DNA of 64,000 nucleotides from an uncultured virus (IMG/VR IMGVR_UViG_3300031224_000010) (IMGVR_UViG_3300031224_000010); one strand, 5' to 3'. Shown: positions 46,408 through 56,472, counted from the first letter of the stretch. Notes: generated by a model not told the origin, from the sequence alone. Program-made: numbers and translations.

Positions 46408-46992
46408 TTACTTTCCTGCCGTCACGGTGCTGGAGCCGTCGCCGTGGGGGTTGCCGGTGAAGTGGCAGATGTGCCCCTGGGTAACGACACCTTTACCGCT
46501 GTTGTGGTGGATCTTCTGGGCGTTAACCTTGCAGACCTTGGCCACGTCCAGGTCGCAGTTGCCGCCCACGGCGGTTTTGGCATCTCCGCCGATGTTGATG
46601 GTGGCATCGCCGGTCACGTTGATGGTGGTGTCTCCGGCCAGGTGCACATCCAAAAGCTTTTTCTGGTGGTCGTAGGTGATGCGCGATCCGTCCGGAAACT
46701 CCCGGTGGCAAAGGTCGGCACTGTCCTTCGGGGCGTTGCCCGCGTATATGCCGGTAAAAATGATGGCCTGGGCCAGATCGCCCGCCGGCGAGAACAGCAC
46801 AACCTGCTCGCCAACGGTGGGGGGATCCCAGTCTATGGTCGTGCCCGTTCTGGCTGAGGCCCACGGCCGCCACCCGGTCAGGTTATCCCCGGCTTTGACT
46901 CGCGCGCGGGCGCCGGTTACGTCCACCTCGGCAATGGTGCCGATGCGAACGATGTTGTTAATAAGCCGGAATGCTTCAGTGATCCTGTCCAT
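46408..46992 (-). CDS. Baseplate spike (gpV-like)
   Basis: Homologue of 11716-12276. Confidence 0.93.
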   Translation of the reverse strand: MDRITEAFRLINNIVRIGTIAEVDVTGARARVKAGDNLTGWRPWASARTGTTIDWDPPTVGEQVVLFSPAGDLAQAIIFTGIYAGNAPKDSADLCHREFPDGSRITYDHQKKLLDVHLAGDTTINVTGDATINIGGDAKTAVGGNCDLDVAKVCKVNAQKIHHNSGKGVVTQGHICHFTGNPHGDGSSTVTAGK

Positions 46993-47038
46993 AACCCCAG
47001 TTTGTCGCGTGGGCGATGACAACAGGAAGCGGGGGCGG

Positions 47039-47059
47039 TTGTCCGGGGCTTTCTGACAA
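47039..47059. promoter_or_regulatory. Putative late-promoter box upstream of gpV
   Basis: TTGT-N13-ACAA. Confidence 0.6.
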
Positions 47060-47068
47060 AACGCGGGG

Positions 47069-47524
47069 CTACGGGGAGATGTGCTCCAGGATCTTTTCGG
47101 TGATCATTTCCAGGTCTTCCCGGGTGGTGCCGATCAGGGGCCGGGCCGGGTAGTCGTAAACCGGGCCATCCCGATCCACCTTTGCCCGCAAGCCGTAGTG
47201 GTGGGTACGGGCGATTCGACCGGCAATGCCGCCAAACGCCAGGCCGGCGCTGTTCGGGTCGGTCTGGATCTTCAGAAACTTGGCCGTTCGCAGTTTGGTG
47301 AACATGGCCTTCTTGCGGATGCCGCCGGATTTGCCTTTCAACTTCCGGGGTTTTCGGGGTTCCCACCGCTTACCGTCCGGGCCTTCCTGCTTCTTCATGC
47401 GCTCCTGGTTGGACTTCCGCAGACCACGGGATATCGATTTCATCAGCTTGCGGCGTTCAGCGGGCTCCATCTTGCGAAGCAATGGCTCGGCCCACCCGGA
47501 CAGCGCGTCAATATCGTCAGTCAT
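47069..47524 (-). CDS. Tail completion protein (gpS-like)
   Basis: Homologue of 12351-12803. Confidence 0.9.
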   Translation of the reverse strand: MTDDIDALSGWAEPLLRKMEPAERRKLMKSISRGLRKSNQERMKKQEGPDGKRWEPRKPRKLKGKSGGIRKKAMFTKLRTAKFLKIQTDPNSAGLAFGGIAGRIARTHHYGLRAKVDRDGPVYDYPARPLIGTTREDLEMITEKILEHISP

Positions 47525-47978
47525 CGAACGGCACATCCTCTTCCAGGCCATGAAGGTCCATGATGATCTCCCATTCCGTGGCGTCCATTTCCATGGCTGG
47601 CTCTGGCAGGATGTGTTCCACGTCCAGGCCCGCTTCGGTGGCTTTCACGATGACCCGTTCGGTGACCTGGACGGTGATGGCGATGTCGTAGCTGTCGTTC
47701 TTCAGCAGCTCTGCCTCAAAGCTGAGGGTATTCTTCGGATCGTGCCCCGGCTCCCGGACTTTGAGCCAGGACAGTAACGGCAGGATGATGTTGTCCACGG
47801 ATCCGGAATAGTCTGTGATGATCAGCTGGATCGGAAAAGAGTACATGTGGCTGAGGTTCGGGCCCTCCCAGAACTCGATGCTGCCATCTTCGATAAAGGT
47901 CAGCAGCTTTTCCGGGTTGCGCTTCAGGTTTGGCACGTTGGCCAGTATGTGCCCGCGTAGGTCTTCCAGTTTTTTCAT
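47517..47978 (-). CDS. Tail completion protein (gpR-like)
   Basis: Homologue of 12796-13257. Confidence 0.9.
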   Translation of the reverse strand: MKKLEDLRGHILANVPNLKRNPEKLLTFIEDGSIEFWEGPNLSHMYSFPIQLIITDYSGSVDNIILPLLSWLKVREPGHDPKNTLSFEAELLKNDSYDIAITVQVTERVIVKATEAGLDVEHILPEPAMEMDATEWEIIMDLHGLEEDVPFDD

Positions 47979-48274
47979 TGCGGCTCCGGCGTGCTCAGGG
48001 TTCGGGCTTGGGTTTCGCAGTCACCCACTTCATCGGCGATTTCTGCCATGCGTTCGTTTAGGGTGTTCAGCTTAACCGCGTACTGGTCAATCAGATCCAG
48101 CAGGCTGGCGTTCTTTTTCAGAGCTGCCCGGCTGGGGTGGCGTTCCGGCGTCGCCAGTGGCTTCACGTTGCCGCACACCAGGTAATCGGTGGTCTGTATA
48201 TAGCGGACTTTCCCGGAGCAGCCGGCCAACAACACCAGGCAGGTCAGCGCCAGCCCAATTCCTATACGCTTCAT
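47975..48274 (-). CDS. Outer-membrane spanin lipoprotein
   Basis: MKRIGIGLALTCLVLLAGC lipobox; overlaps i-spanin. Confidence 0.78.
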   Translation of the reverse strand: MKRIGIGLALTCLVLLAGCSGKVRYIQTTDYLVCGNVKPLATPERHPSRAALKKNASLLDLIDQYAVKLNTLNERMAEIADEVGDCETQARTLSTPEPQ

Positions 48275-48557
48275 TCTCTTCCTCCAGGGCTGCCCGCTTC
48301 GCTTTCTCAGCGTCCAGCTGGGCTTCAAGGTTTGCTTCCACTGTTTCGATGCGCCGGATCCGGCCGGCCAGGCGGTCACGGGCAACAACCATTTCCGCAA
48401 GCCGGCCCTTCGTGTCCTTGTGCTCCTGCTCTTGCCGATCCAGAGCCCCGGACACAGAAGCCAGCTTGCCGCTTGTGGCCAGATTGCGCTCAATGCTGTA
48501 CCAGAGGGCGCCGCACAGGGCAGCGACCACTAAACCGATTACCAGGTAAACCTTCAT
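48087..48557 (-). CDS. Inner-membrane spanin (LysB-like)
   Basis: N-terminal TM, coiled coil, ENEAYRNWAGADLP. Confidence 0.8.
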   Translation of the reverse strand: MKVYLVIGLVVAALCGALWYSIERNLATSGKLASVSGALDRQEQEHKDTKGRLAEMVVARDRLAGRIRRIETVEANLEAQLDAEKAKRAALEEENEAYRNWAGADLPGVVGRLLRESPLYTDHRLPGVRQREATGDAGTPPQPGSSEKERQPAGSD

Positions 48558-48763
48558 TCCTGCTTTCGCCCGCTGTTGACGTAGAAACCAAACCAGGCGG
48601 CGGCACCGCCCCAGATCACGCTGGCGTAAAGCTGCTGAGGGGTGGCCGGATCGCCCAGGGCGGTGAACCACTGGTGAGTGTCAAAGCACAACCATCCGTA
48701 AAGGATGACCAACAGGCGAGGGACAACGCGCCAGGCGTCCAGCTGCTCCGGAGTGAATTTCAC
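48554..48763 (-). CDS. Small two-TM holin-like protein
   Basis: Homologue of 13746-13949. Confidence 0.65.
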   Translation of the reverse strand: MKFTPEQLDAWRVVPRLLVILYGWLCFDTHQWFTALGDPATPQQLYASVIWGGAAAWFGFYVNSGRKQE

Positions 48764-49557
48764 GCGGCACGCCCCAGCTGCCGGTACCGGTCATAAGCTG
48801 TGGCCATGCGGGTGTCGTACTGGTTGCGGGCGTAGGCCGGGCCGTTGTAGCGTTCGGCAAAGGCGGGCCAGTCCCGGTCTTTCAATGCGGCGTGCAAGGC
48901 TTTGTCCTGTTTGATGAAGCGAACAAAGGCTTCCAGGTGTTCACACTCGCTTCGGTGCATTGCTTCCGAATAGTCAGCGGCGGAGGCGTACCCCAATCCC
49001 TGCCAGTGAAAGCCCATGATCTGGAACAGGCCCCAACTGGCTGACTCGATGGCAGTGGATCGGTCGATAGCGCTGGCCCGTTTCAATCGTCGCCATTCAC
49101 CATCGCCGCCAACGTATCCGCCTGGGTCTTCATTGACGATGGCCGGGAACTTGGCCGCATTGTGGGCGCGTGCTGAATTATCCAGTCGGCGGAACATGAC
49201 GTGACGCTCGAAGAGAATGACCGGACGGCCAGACGGCAGGAAGCCGCTTTCCTTGCTCTCCACTTCGGTTACCGCCTTGATGGCAGCCAGCTGAACCCCG
49301 AGTTTTCGAGCGGCGGCCTTCAGGTCTTTTTCGCAGAGCTCCTTTCCGGAGTTTTGGGTGCTGTTCGGGTTCAGCCTGCCCAGTGTTGCCGGCCCGGCGA
49401 CACCGTCGACCATTAACCCCTGATCACGCTGGAAGCGGATGACCGCCTTTTCGGTGGCGTCGCCAAACCACCCATCCACTTCAATGGCGACACCCGTTGA
49501 TTTCAGGGCCTGTTGAAGTGCGGCCACATGCTGTCCTACGTCTCCGATCCGGATCAT
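48760..49557 (-). CDS. Endolysin: PG-binding domain + DUF3380 N-acetylmuramidase
   Basis: DGWFGDATEKAV...DGVAGPAT; EVES, ILFERH, SWGLFQIMGF, YNGP. Confidence 0.92.
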   Translation of the reverse strand: MIRIGDVGQHVAALQQALKSTGVAIEVDGWFGDATEKAVIRFQRDQGLMVDGVAGPATLGRLNPNSTQNSGKELCEKDLKAAARKLGVQLAAIKAVTEVESKESGFLPSGRPVILFERHVMFRRLDNSARAHNAAKFPAIVNEDPGGYVGGDGEWRRLKRASAIDRSTAIESASWGLFQIMGFHWQGLGYASAADYSEAMHRSECEHLEAFVRFIKQDKALHAALKDRDWPAFAERYNGPAYARNQYDTRMATAYDRYRQLGRAA

Positions 49558-49970
49558 CAGCTGTTTGCTCCTATCAAGGTCAGTGCTGCGCTGAAAAGCT
49601 CTTTACGCAGGGCGAAACCAAGCGCTGCGATGCCAATAAGCACCCAGATTGCGCCCGCGAAAAACCAGACCTTTCGGGAAAGCCCGGAAACGATTTTACC
49701 CAAGCCATCGATCGCTTCAGCGGTGGTTTTATCGCTTTTTTCTATGTACTCCTTGTTCTGCTCGAGGAACTTCTCCAGCGCTTCCTTGGTTTCTTTTTGC
49801 TGCTCCTTTTGGCTCACAGTGAACTCCCGCAGGTCGCCGCGGATGTCAGAAACGGCGTTCTCCAGGGCGTTTACCCTGGGGTGGAGATCTTCCAGTTGTC
49901 TGAGTCTCGCCGCCCAGTCGAGGGCGACCATTTCTTGCAGTTGCATCGCTTCGGTCCGTTGTTCAGGCAT
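49557..49970 (-). CDS. Coiled-coil protein with C-terminal TM helix
   Basis: Homologue of 14394-14822. Confidence 0.7.
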   Translation of the reverse strand: MPEQRTEAMQLQEMVALDWAARLRQLEDLHPRVNALENAVSDIRGDLREFTVSQKEQQKETKEALEKFLEQNKEYIEKSDKTTAEAIDGLGKIVSGLSRKVWFFAGAIWVLIGIAALGFALRKELFSAALTLIGANS

Positions 49971-49979
49971 GCCGTCTCC

Positions 49980-50186
49980 TCAGTTCCACAGCTGGACGGT
50001 CGGTTGAGTGGGTTGCCGGTCTGCCTCTGGCAGTTTCACCAGGGTCCCCGCGGGAATGGTAGGGCCAAAGCTCGCAAGCCCCGGATTGGCTTCATAGGCG
50101 GCTTCAGTGACGCCAGCAGTGTGGCCATAAACCCGGTAGCAGATGCGGTCCAAGGTGTCGCCCTGTATCGCCCTGACTTCTATCAT
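49980..50186 (-). CDS. Tail protein X (gpX-like)
   Basis: Homologue of 14833-15039. Confidence 0.92.
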   Translation of the reverse strand: MIEVRAIQGDTLDRICYRVYGHTAGVTEAAYEANPGLASFGPTIPAGTLVKLPEADRQPTQPTVQLWN

Positions 50187-50647
50187 CAGATCAGCTCCAC
50201 GGTGGTTCGGGCCCTGCCTCGAATGTCTGAAAGCGCCCAGGCAGCATCACGCCGGTAGTCGTCGTCCGTCATTTCCAGGGCTTCAGCGCGGTCGTGCCCG
50301 GCGCCGGTGCTGTCATAATCTCGGTACCGCTCTACCAGGTTGGACTTGGCCAGTGACCAGACCGCACGCAAGTAAAGGGATTTGTGATAACCGGCAGGCT
50401 GCCAGGTGGGCTGGGGCGTATCCTCGATGGCGTCAACACCGGCATCCTGCTGTTCCTGCATCCACTTGGCCAGCAGCTGGTTGGCTTCGTACATCGCCGC
50501 CTCAAGGGCGTGAACGGCGCGGCTGTCAGTGACCGTGCCGTCGATCCGCATCGCTTCCCGGAAGTTCTGAAGTTGAAGATCAGGAAAGAAGCTGGCGTTG
50601 GTGATGGTGATGGTTTCGGTGGTACCACCGGCTGCAATCAGGCTCAT
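50186..50647 (-). CDS. Head completion protein (gpL-like)
   Basis: Homologue of 15039-15500. Confidence 0.92.
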   Translation of the reverse strand: MSLIAAGGTTETITITNASFFPDLQLQNFREAMRIDGTVTDSRAVHALEAAMYEANQLLAKWMQEQQDAGVDAIEDTPQPTWQPAGYHKSLYLRAVWSLAKSNLVERYRDYDSTGAGHDRAEALEMTDDDYRRDAAWALSDIRGRARTTVELI

Positions 50648-50750
50648 GTTGCCTCCGTGTGAGGGCGGTGGACGGGGCCGTAGAGCTTGTGGCGTAGCCT
50701 TGGCTCAGGGCCCCGTGCCGCCTGGCGTCGGGGTGCCGACTCGGGTCCGG

Positions 50751-51584
50751 CTATTCGCCGGAATTCTTCAGTTCTTTCCTCAGCGCCTCGATGTCCTTCT
50801 TCACGCCGGCGCGATCGTTCAGTTTCAGGGCGCGGTCGAGGGCATCCAGCGCTTGATCGGGTTTGCCGCTGTCACGCAGGCGGTACCCGTAAGCCTTGTA
50901 GAGCTTTGCCTTTACCTGGTCGTGCATGTCGGATTCCCCGAACATGTTCACAGTGCGCTCAACGGCTTGGATGAATTTTCCATCGGGGTCTTCACCCTCG
51001 GTTTCCAGCGCTGACACGGCCACTTCTTCAGCCACCAGGTTGGCGGTGGTCCGTTGGTAACGGTCCGGTGTTTCCAGCCCGTTGGCCACGGCGTAATCAG
51101 CAATATCCAAGCCGGTTTCCAGATCACCCACGTCCAGGTACCAGACCATCAGCGTCATCAGGACTTCGTCCTGGTGCCCGGGTGCGGCCTGCAGTACGCC
51201 CTTTACATACTCTTCGTAGTTGGGCAGCAGTTCGCGTTTGGCCTCTACCTTGCGCTCGATGCTCTGGATGTCGTGCAATCGCCGGGTGTCCTCGATGATC
51301 GCTGCCAGGTGCAGTTCGTAAGCGTCGCCCGTGGGGCGATCAGGTGTTGATGCCGATGCTTCCTTTTCAACCAGTTTGCGCTGGTAGCGCTTGGCGGCCG
51401 GGCTAAGCGGTCCGCCGCCCGATGGCTGTTTCTGGAACGGGTTCGGCTTTGCTTCGCTGCCCCGTTTTGCGGCCTGCTCTTCCCGCTTTCCCTGTGCCTT
51501 GCGGGCTTTTTCCTGTGCTTCGGCCCTGGCCGCCTCCCGGGCGGCCTGGACTTTTTCGAAGCGCTTCTTGGCTGGACTAACCAT
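50751..51584 (-). CDS. Terminase small subunit (gpM-like) with N-terminal extension
   Basis: Homologue of 15603-16265 plus ~55 aa. Confidence 0.9.
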   Translation of the reverse strand: MVSPAKKRFEKVQAAREAARAEAQEKARKAQGKREEQAAKRGSEAKPNPFQKQPSGGGPLSPAAKRYQRKLVEKEASASTPDRPTGDAYELHLAAIIEDTRRLHDIQSIERKVEAKRELLPNYEEYVKGVLQAAPGHQDEVLMTLMVWYLDVGDLETGLDIADYAVANGLETPDRYQRTTANLVAEEVAVSALETEGEDPDGKFIQAVERTVNMFGESDMHDQVKAKLYKAYGYRLRDSGKPDQALDALDRALKLNDRAGVKKDIEALRKELKNSGE

Positions 51585-51594
51585 TACGCCCCCT

Positions 51595-52602
51595 TTACAC
51601 CAGTGTTATGTTCTCGACCACGGCGCCGGCGCCGAAATCTTCCACTACGTAGGCCTCGTTTGAAGACTCGTAGTTCTCGATGCGGTTGCGCTTCGGGTTG
51701 TCCATGACGTGACGGCGGCGGCCGCCGTTCTGGTAATAGATGGACAGGTTTTCCATGGTGGTGACCATCATGGTTCCGTCCGGAATGAACGGTACCTGCA
51801 CGCCCTGCAGGCCGCCAATGCGCATCTGGCTGACGATCAGATCCAGTGCCTGCTGTTCAGTCGGATCGTTATCCTTGTTGATCAGCGGGAAGTACTTGTC
51901 GCTCATCAGGGTGCGGCCAACCAGCACCACCAGATCCTGGCTTTCCCGGTGCCACGGATCCAGCATGCTGTGAACCACGTCGTAAACCAGGGCGTCCAGG
52001 TTCTTGTAGTCACCGGTTGAGCCAACAGTGACTTCGCCAGATGCTGCCACTACCTCATCCATTACCCGCTCTGGGGAAGTGGTGCGGTAGTGCTGGAGCC
52101 AGCCTTTGTTGACGTCTTCCAGAAGCGGGTTGGCTACCCGGTCTGTCTCGGATGCAGCGCTGAGGCCGTTGAAGCCGATCATGATCCGGTCTAGGGCCTG
52201 CTGCTTCACGATCGCGTCGCGCAACATGGCCTGGAAGTTGGGGAACTTGGCCCAGGCGTCGATTTTGGCGTAGGGCACGGCGGTGTCGAATTCGGTCAGG
52301 AAGCACTCGTAACCGTTCGCGCCCAGGTCACTCAGATCGCGCGGTGTGCGATCCTTGGCTGACACATCGGTGCGCCCGGCAATGGTGGATCCCACGCCCA
52401 GGCCGATCTTCTCGCCTTTGACTTCGTCCACGCCGATCACGTTGATCCGGTTCAGAAAGCCGCTGGATTCCTGAATTCGCTGTTCCAGCCGCTGCTGGAC
52501 GGACGGTTCCACCGCGAAGGTTTCGGCGGCGGACTCTACGCCATTGAGCTCCGCGATCCGGCGGCGGAGCTTGTTGAACTGTACTCTGGATTCGTTGCGC
52601 AT
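51595..52602 (-). CDS. Major capsid protein (gpN-like)
   Basis: Homologue of 16277-17281. Confidence 0.96.
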   Translation of the reverse strand: MRNESRVQFNKLRRRIAELNGVESAAETFAVEPSVQQRLEQRIQESSGFLNRINVIGVDEVKGEKIGLGVGSTIAGRTDVSAKDRTPRDLSDLGANGYECFLTEFDTAVPYAKIDAWAKFPNFQAMLRDAIVKQQALDRIMIGFNGLSAASETDRVANPLLEDVNKGWLQHYRTTSPERVMDEVVAASGEVTVGSTGDYKNLDALVYDVVHSMLDPWHRESQDLVVLVGRTLMSDKYFPLINKDNDPTEQQALDLIVSQMRIGGLQGVQVPFIPDGTMMVTTMENLSIYYQNGGRRRHVMDNPKRNRIENYESSNEAYVVEDFGAGAVVENITLV

Positions 52603-52615
52603 AATCTGACTTCCT

Positions 52616-53443
52616 TCAGCAGTCGGTGAGGATAGCGTTCTGACCACCGGTGGCCGGCGTGCGGGGACTGTGTTGGTGAGGCGTGGTTTCAAGCTGGTTC
52701 TTCAGCTCGTTGAAGCTCTGCTCAAGGGCTTCATGAGACTGCTTCAGCTGTGCGTACTCGTGCTGGACTCCGTCCATAGAGCTGCGCAGATGCTGGCCTT
52801 CGGACACGAACAGCTCCAGGGTTTTCTCCAGATCGGCCCGGAAATCCGAGAAGCGGGCGGCCGTGGCGTCGCGGTGTTTGCTGAACAGGGCTTTTACCTT
52901 GGTCAGCATGGATTCACCGCCTTGATCACCGCTGCCCTGGTCGCTGACTGCTTCAGAGAAATCCAGCTCTGCTTCAACGGCTTCTGAGAAGAGGTTTTCC
53001 GCACGCTGCTTCCGCGCATTCAGCGGGCTGTTTTTGGCCCTACTGCTGAACTGGAGCATTTCGGTGCCCAGGGATGCGGGGGAATCAGTCACGGCCAGAC
53101 CTACCAGATAGGCTTCGCCGGTGTCCGAGAACTCGGGATCGACCTCGATGGAGGTGTAAATCTTCTGCCGGTCCTTTGTCATTTTGACTAGGTCTTCGGT
53201 GGGATCGATCTCCGCGAACAGCTCCAGCTTGCCTGCGTCATTCTCTTCGGCCTTCACTGCAGTCACGTCACCAAAAGCCTTGAAAGGCCCATCGGCGAAC
53301 ATGCCGCGCATGTGTTCAAGCCAGACCCGGGCGCCGTATTTCTCCCGGTTGAAGTTCGCGGCCATCTGTTCGATCCAGGCGCGGCTGATTGCCCGTCCGT
53401 CGGTAGTGGCACCTTGAGTGGCCACTCGAAACCATTTTTTCAT
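52616..53443 (-). CDS. Capsid scaffolding protein (gpO-like)
   Basis: Homologue of 17310-18122. Confidence 0.95.
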   Translation of the reverse strand: MKKWFRVATQGATTDGRAISRAWIEQMAANFNREKYGARVWLEHMRGMFADGPFKAFGDVTAVKAEENDAGKLELFAEIDPTEDLVKMTKDRQKIYTSIEVDPEFSDTGEAYLVGLAVTDSPASLGTEMLQFSSRAKNSPLNARKQRAENLFSEAVEAELDFSEAVSDQGSGDQGGESMLTKVKALFSKHRDATAARFSDFRADLEKTLELFVSEGQHLRSSMDGVQHEYAQLKQSHEALEQSFNELKNQLETTPHQHSPRTPATGGQNAILTDC

Positions 53444-53531
53444 GTTGCTCTCCAATCGGGGGTGCGAGATGCTGTCTTTCGCGTGTGCCACCAGATTCGG
53501 GCCCCAGCCCGACAAAGCCAACCGCCGCCGA

Positions 53532-53552
53532 TTGTTACGCCGCTCCTCACAA
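53532..53552. promoter_or_regulatory. Putative late-promoter box in divergent O/P intergenic
   Basis: TTGT-N13-ACAA. Confidence 0.6.
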
Positions 53553-53597
53553 ATGAACATGCGATAGCGCCACCCCCGCAGCCTTTAGGCTGACGGC

Positions 53598-55361
53598 ATG
53601 GATAAGACTGTCGAATCGGATTACCGCGATCACTTTGTGAAGGCACGCACCCTCTACTGGATGGGATGGCGAGCGCAGCGCATTGCCGATGAACTGGGCA
53701 TCAGTCCTCAGCTGTTTCACAACTGGAAAAAGCGGTTCAGCTGGGACGAAGCCGGGCCGATCCAGCGGGTGGAGAGCTCGCTGGAAGCCCGCATGGTTCA
53801 GCTGGTGTTCAAGGATGAAAAAGAGGGGAAGGACTTCAAGGAAATTGACTTGTTGGGCCGGCAGATCGAACGGCTGGCCAGGGTGCATAAATACGAAGAG
53901 TCCGGGCGCGAATCAGACCTGAACCCGAACATCCAGGAGCGCAACAAGGCACCGCGAAAGGCCAAGAACGATATCGGCGATGAAGGGCTGGAAGAGCTGA
54001 CCAGCGCTTTCGATAAATCGCTGTTTGACTACCAGCACAAATGGAAGGTGGCTGGGCTCACCCACCGGATCCGCAATATTCTGAAGTCCCGGCAGATCGG
54101 CGCCACCTGGTACTTTGCCCGCGAAGCGATCGTGGACGCCTTCCACACTGGTAAGAACAAGATCTTCCTGAGTGCGTCGAAGGCCCAGGCTCATGTTTTC
54201 CGGCAGTACATCGTTCAGTTCGTCAAGGACACCGCCGGCGTTGAACTGCGCGGTGATCCCCTGGTGTTGCCCAACGGCGCCACCCTGTATTTCCTCGGTA
54301 CCAACGTGCGAACAGCCCAGAGCTATCACGGCGATCTGTACATGGATGAGTACTTCTGGATCCAGAGCTTCCAGCAGTTCCGGAAAGTCGCATCCGGTAT
54401 GGCCATGCACAAGAAGTGGAGCCAGACCTACATTTCCACGCCTTCCGCGATCACCCACGAAGCCTATCCGTTCTGGACTGGCGAGCAGTTCAACAAGCGC
54501 CGGGCCAAAGATAAGCGGGTGTCCATCGACACATCGCACGCCGCGCTGGCTGAAGGAAAGGCATGTGATGATGGGCAGTGGCGCCAGATTGTGACGGTAG
54601 AAGATGCCATCGCCGGCGGCTGTGACCTGTTCGATATCGACCAGCTGCAGATGGAGTACTCCGCGGACGAATACTCAAATCTGCTGATGTGCCAGTTCGT
54701 TGACGACACCCACGCCGTGTTCCCGCTCGCCAAGCTTCAGCGCTGCATGGTCGACAGCTGGGTGGAGTGGCGCGAACTAAAGCCATACGCCGAAAGGCCG
54801 TTGGGTGATCTGGAAGTGTGGCTGGGCTATGACCCATCCGGCGGCGGGGACGATGGCGACGGCGCCGGCCTGGTGGTGGTTCTGCCTTCAAAATCCTCCA
54901 ATAAACCTCACCGGGTGGTGGAGAAGGTCCGCCTTCGTGGCCTGGATTACGAGCGTCAGGCAGAAGAGATACGCAAACTGACCAAACGCTATAACGTGTC
55001 GTTTATCGGCATGGACACTACCGGCCTGGGTGAAGCCGTGGCGGAGCTGGTGGAAAAGTTCTTCCCGTCGGTAACCCGTTTCAACTACTCGCCGGATGTG
55101 AAGGCCCGGCTGGTGATCAAAACCCAGAACATCATCGACCATGGCCGGCTCCAGTTCGATGCCGGCTGGAGCGATATGGCGCAAAGCTTCATGGCGATTC
55201 GACGTGCCATGACAGATTCACAGAGACAGCTCACCTACAAGTCCGGCCGCAGTGAAGACACCGGCCATGCCGATCTGGCATGGGCGGTGATGCACGCGTT
55301 GTCGAATGAACCCCTCGAAGGGCCCACCGAAAAGGGTGGCAGCATGATGGAGATTTACTGA
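53598..55361 (+). CDS. Terminase large ATPase subunit (gpP-like)
   Basis: 587-aa homologue of 18282-20045. Confidence 0.97.
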   Translation: MDKTVESDYRDHFVKARTLYWMGWRAQRIADELGISPQLFHNWKKRFSWDEAGPIQRVESSLEARMVQLVFKDEKEGKDFKEIDLLGRQIERLARVHKYEESGRESDLNPNIQERNKAPRKAKNDIGDEGLEELTSAFDKSLFDYQHKWKVAGLTHRIRNILKSRQIGATWYFAREAIVDAFHTGKNKIFLSASKAQAHVFRQYIVQFVKDTAGVELRGDPLVLPNGATLYFLGTNVRTAQSYHGDLYMDEYFWIQSFQQFRKVASGMAMHKKWSQTYISTPSAITHEAYPFWTGEQFNKRRAKDKRVSIDTSHAALAEGKACDDGQWRQIVTVEDAIAGGCDLFDIDQLQMEYSADEYSNLLMCQFVDDTHAVFPLAKLQRCMVDSWVEWRELKPYAERPLGDLEVWLGYDPSGGGDDGDGAGLVVVLPSKSSNKPHRVVEKVRLRGLDYERQAEEIRKLTKRYNVSFIGMDTTGLGEAVAELVEKFFPSVTRFNYSPDVKARLVIKTQNIIDHGRLQFDAGWSDMAQSFMAIRRAMTDSQRQLTYKSGRSEDTGHADLAWAVMHALSNEPLEGPTEKGGSMMEIY

Positions 55362-56347
55362 TGAGCAAAAGCATTGAAGCGTTCACTTTTGGTGAGCCGG
55401 TACCGGTGATGGACAGGTACGACATGCTCTACACCGGCTGCTGGATGGCCGGCCAGGATTACTACGAACCACCGGTCGATATGGCTGCACTCGCCAAGTC
55501 CTACCGATCCACCGCTCACCATGGCAGCGCATTGCAGGTTAAGCGCAACATTCTGGTGAAAACCTTCCAGCCCACTCAATACCTGAGCCGGCAAGACTTC
55601 GCGCGCATGGCGATGGATTACCTGGTGTTCGGCAACCTTTACGGCGAAAAACTGGAAAACCGGATGGGGCGACTGATCCAGGTGAAGCCGATTCTGGCGA
55701 AATACTGCCGGCGAGGCGTGAAGCCCGGATCCTTCTGGTGGGTTCATGACTGGATGAACCACACGGAATTCGCAATGGGGAGCGTCGTTCACCTAATGGA
55801 GCCAGACATTGACCAGGAGCTGTACGGTGTTCCCGATTATCTGGGCTCGCTTCAGTCCGCCTGGTTGAACGAATCCGCCACACTGTTCCGCCGCAAGTAC
55901 TACCAGAACGGAAGCCATGCCGGTTTCGTGATGTACATGACGGACGCCACCCAGAGCGCGGATGATGTCGACAACCTGAGAAATGCACTGAAGGAAAGCA
56001 AGGGCCCGGGCAACTTCAAAAACCTGTTCGTCTACGCCCCCAATGGCAAGAAGGACGGCCTGCAGGTGATCCCGGTCAGCGAGGTAGCTGCCAAGGATGA
56101 TTTCTGGAACATCAAAAATGCCACCCGCGATGACCAGCTGGCCGGGCACCGGGTTCCGCCCCAGCTGATGGGCATAATTCCCACCAACACATCCGGCTTC
56201 GGTGACGCAGAGAAGGCGGCCCGCGTCTTCGCCGCCAACGAACTGGAGCCCCTGCAGGAACGCTTGTTGGAGATGAACGACATCGTGGGCAAGGAAGTGA
56301 TCAAGTTCAAACCTTACACCCTGGGGGAACTCTCCCCCGACACCTGA
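55361..56347 (+). CDS. Portal protein (gpQ-like)
   Basis: Homologue of 20042-21031. Confidence 0.96.
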   Translation: MSKSIEAFTFGEPVPVMDRYDMLYTGCWMAGQDYYEPPVDMAALAKSYRSTAHHGSALQVKRNILVKTFQPTQYLSRQDFARMAMDYLVFGNLYGEKLENRMGRLIQVKPILAKYCRRGVKPGSFWWVHDWMNHTEFAMGSVVHLMEPDIDQELYGVPDYLGSLQSAWLNESATLFRRKYYQNGSHAGFVMYMTDATQSADDVDNLRNALKESKGPGNFKNLFVYAPNGKKDGLQVIPVSEVAAKDDFWNIKNATRDDQLAGHRVPPQLMGIIPTNTSGFGDAEKAARVFAANELEPLQERLLEMNDIVGKEVIKFKPYTLGELSPDT

Positions 56348-56374
56348 CAGATTTCGGCGACTGCGTCAGCCTTT

Positions 56375-56399
56375 GGCCACCTTCGGGTGGTCTTTTTTT
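56375..56399 (+). terminator. Rho-independent terminator after portal
   Basis: GGCCACC-TTCG-GGTGGTC followed by T7. Confidence 0.85.
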
Positions 56400-56440
56400 G
56401 TGCCCGACATACGCCCCCCGGCGGGGGTGCTCACGCCCAC

Positions 56441-56472
56441 AGCTCGCGGTCACCCCACCCCACCTGCGGGCT
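56441..56472. other. Candidate cos site (phage Y)
   Basis: C-rich CACCCCACCCCACCTGCGGG at the position equivalent to 21121-21144. Confidence 0.3.
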
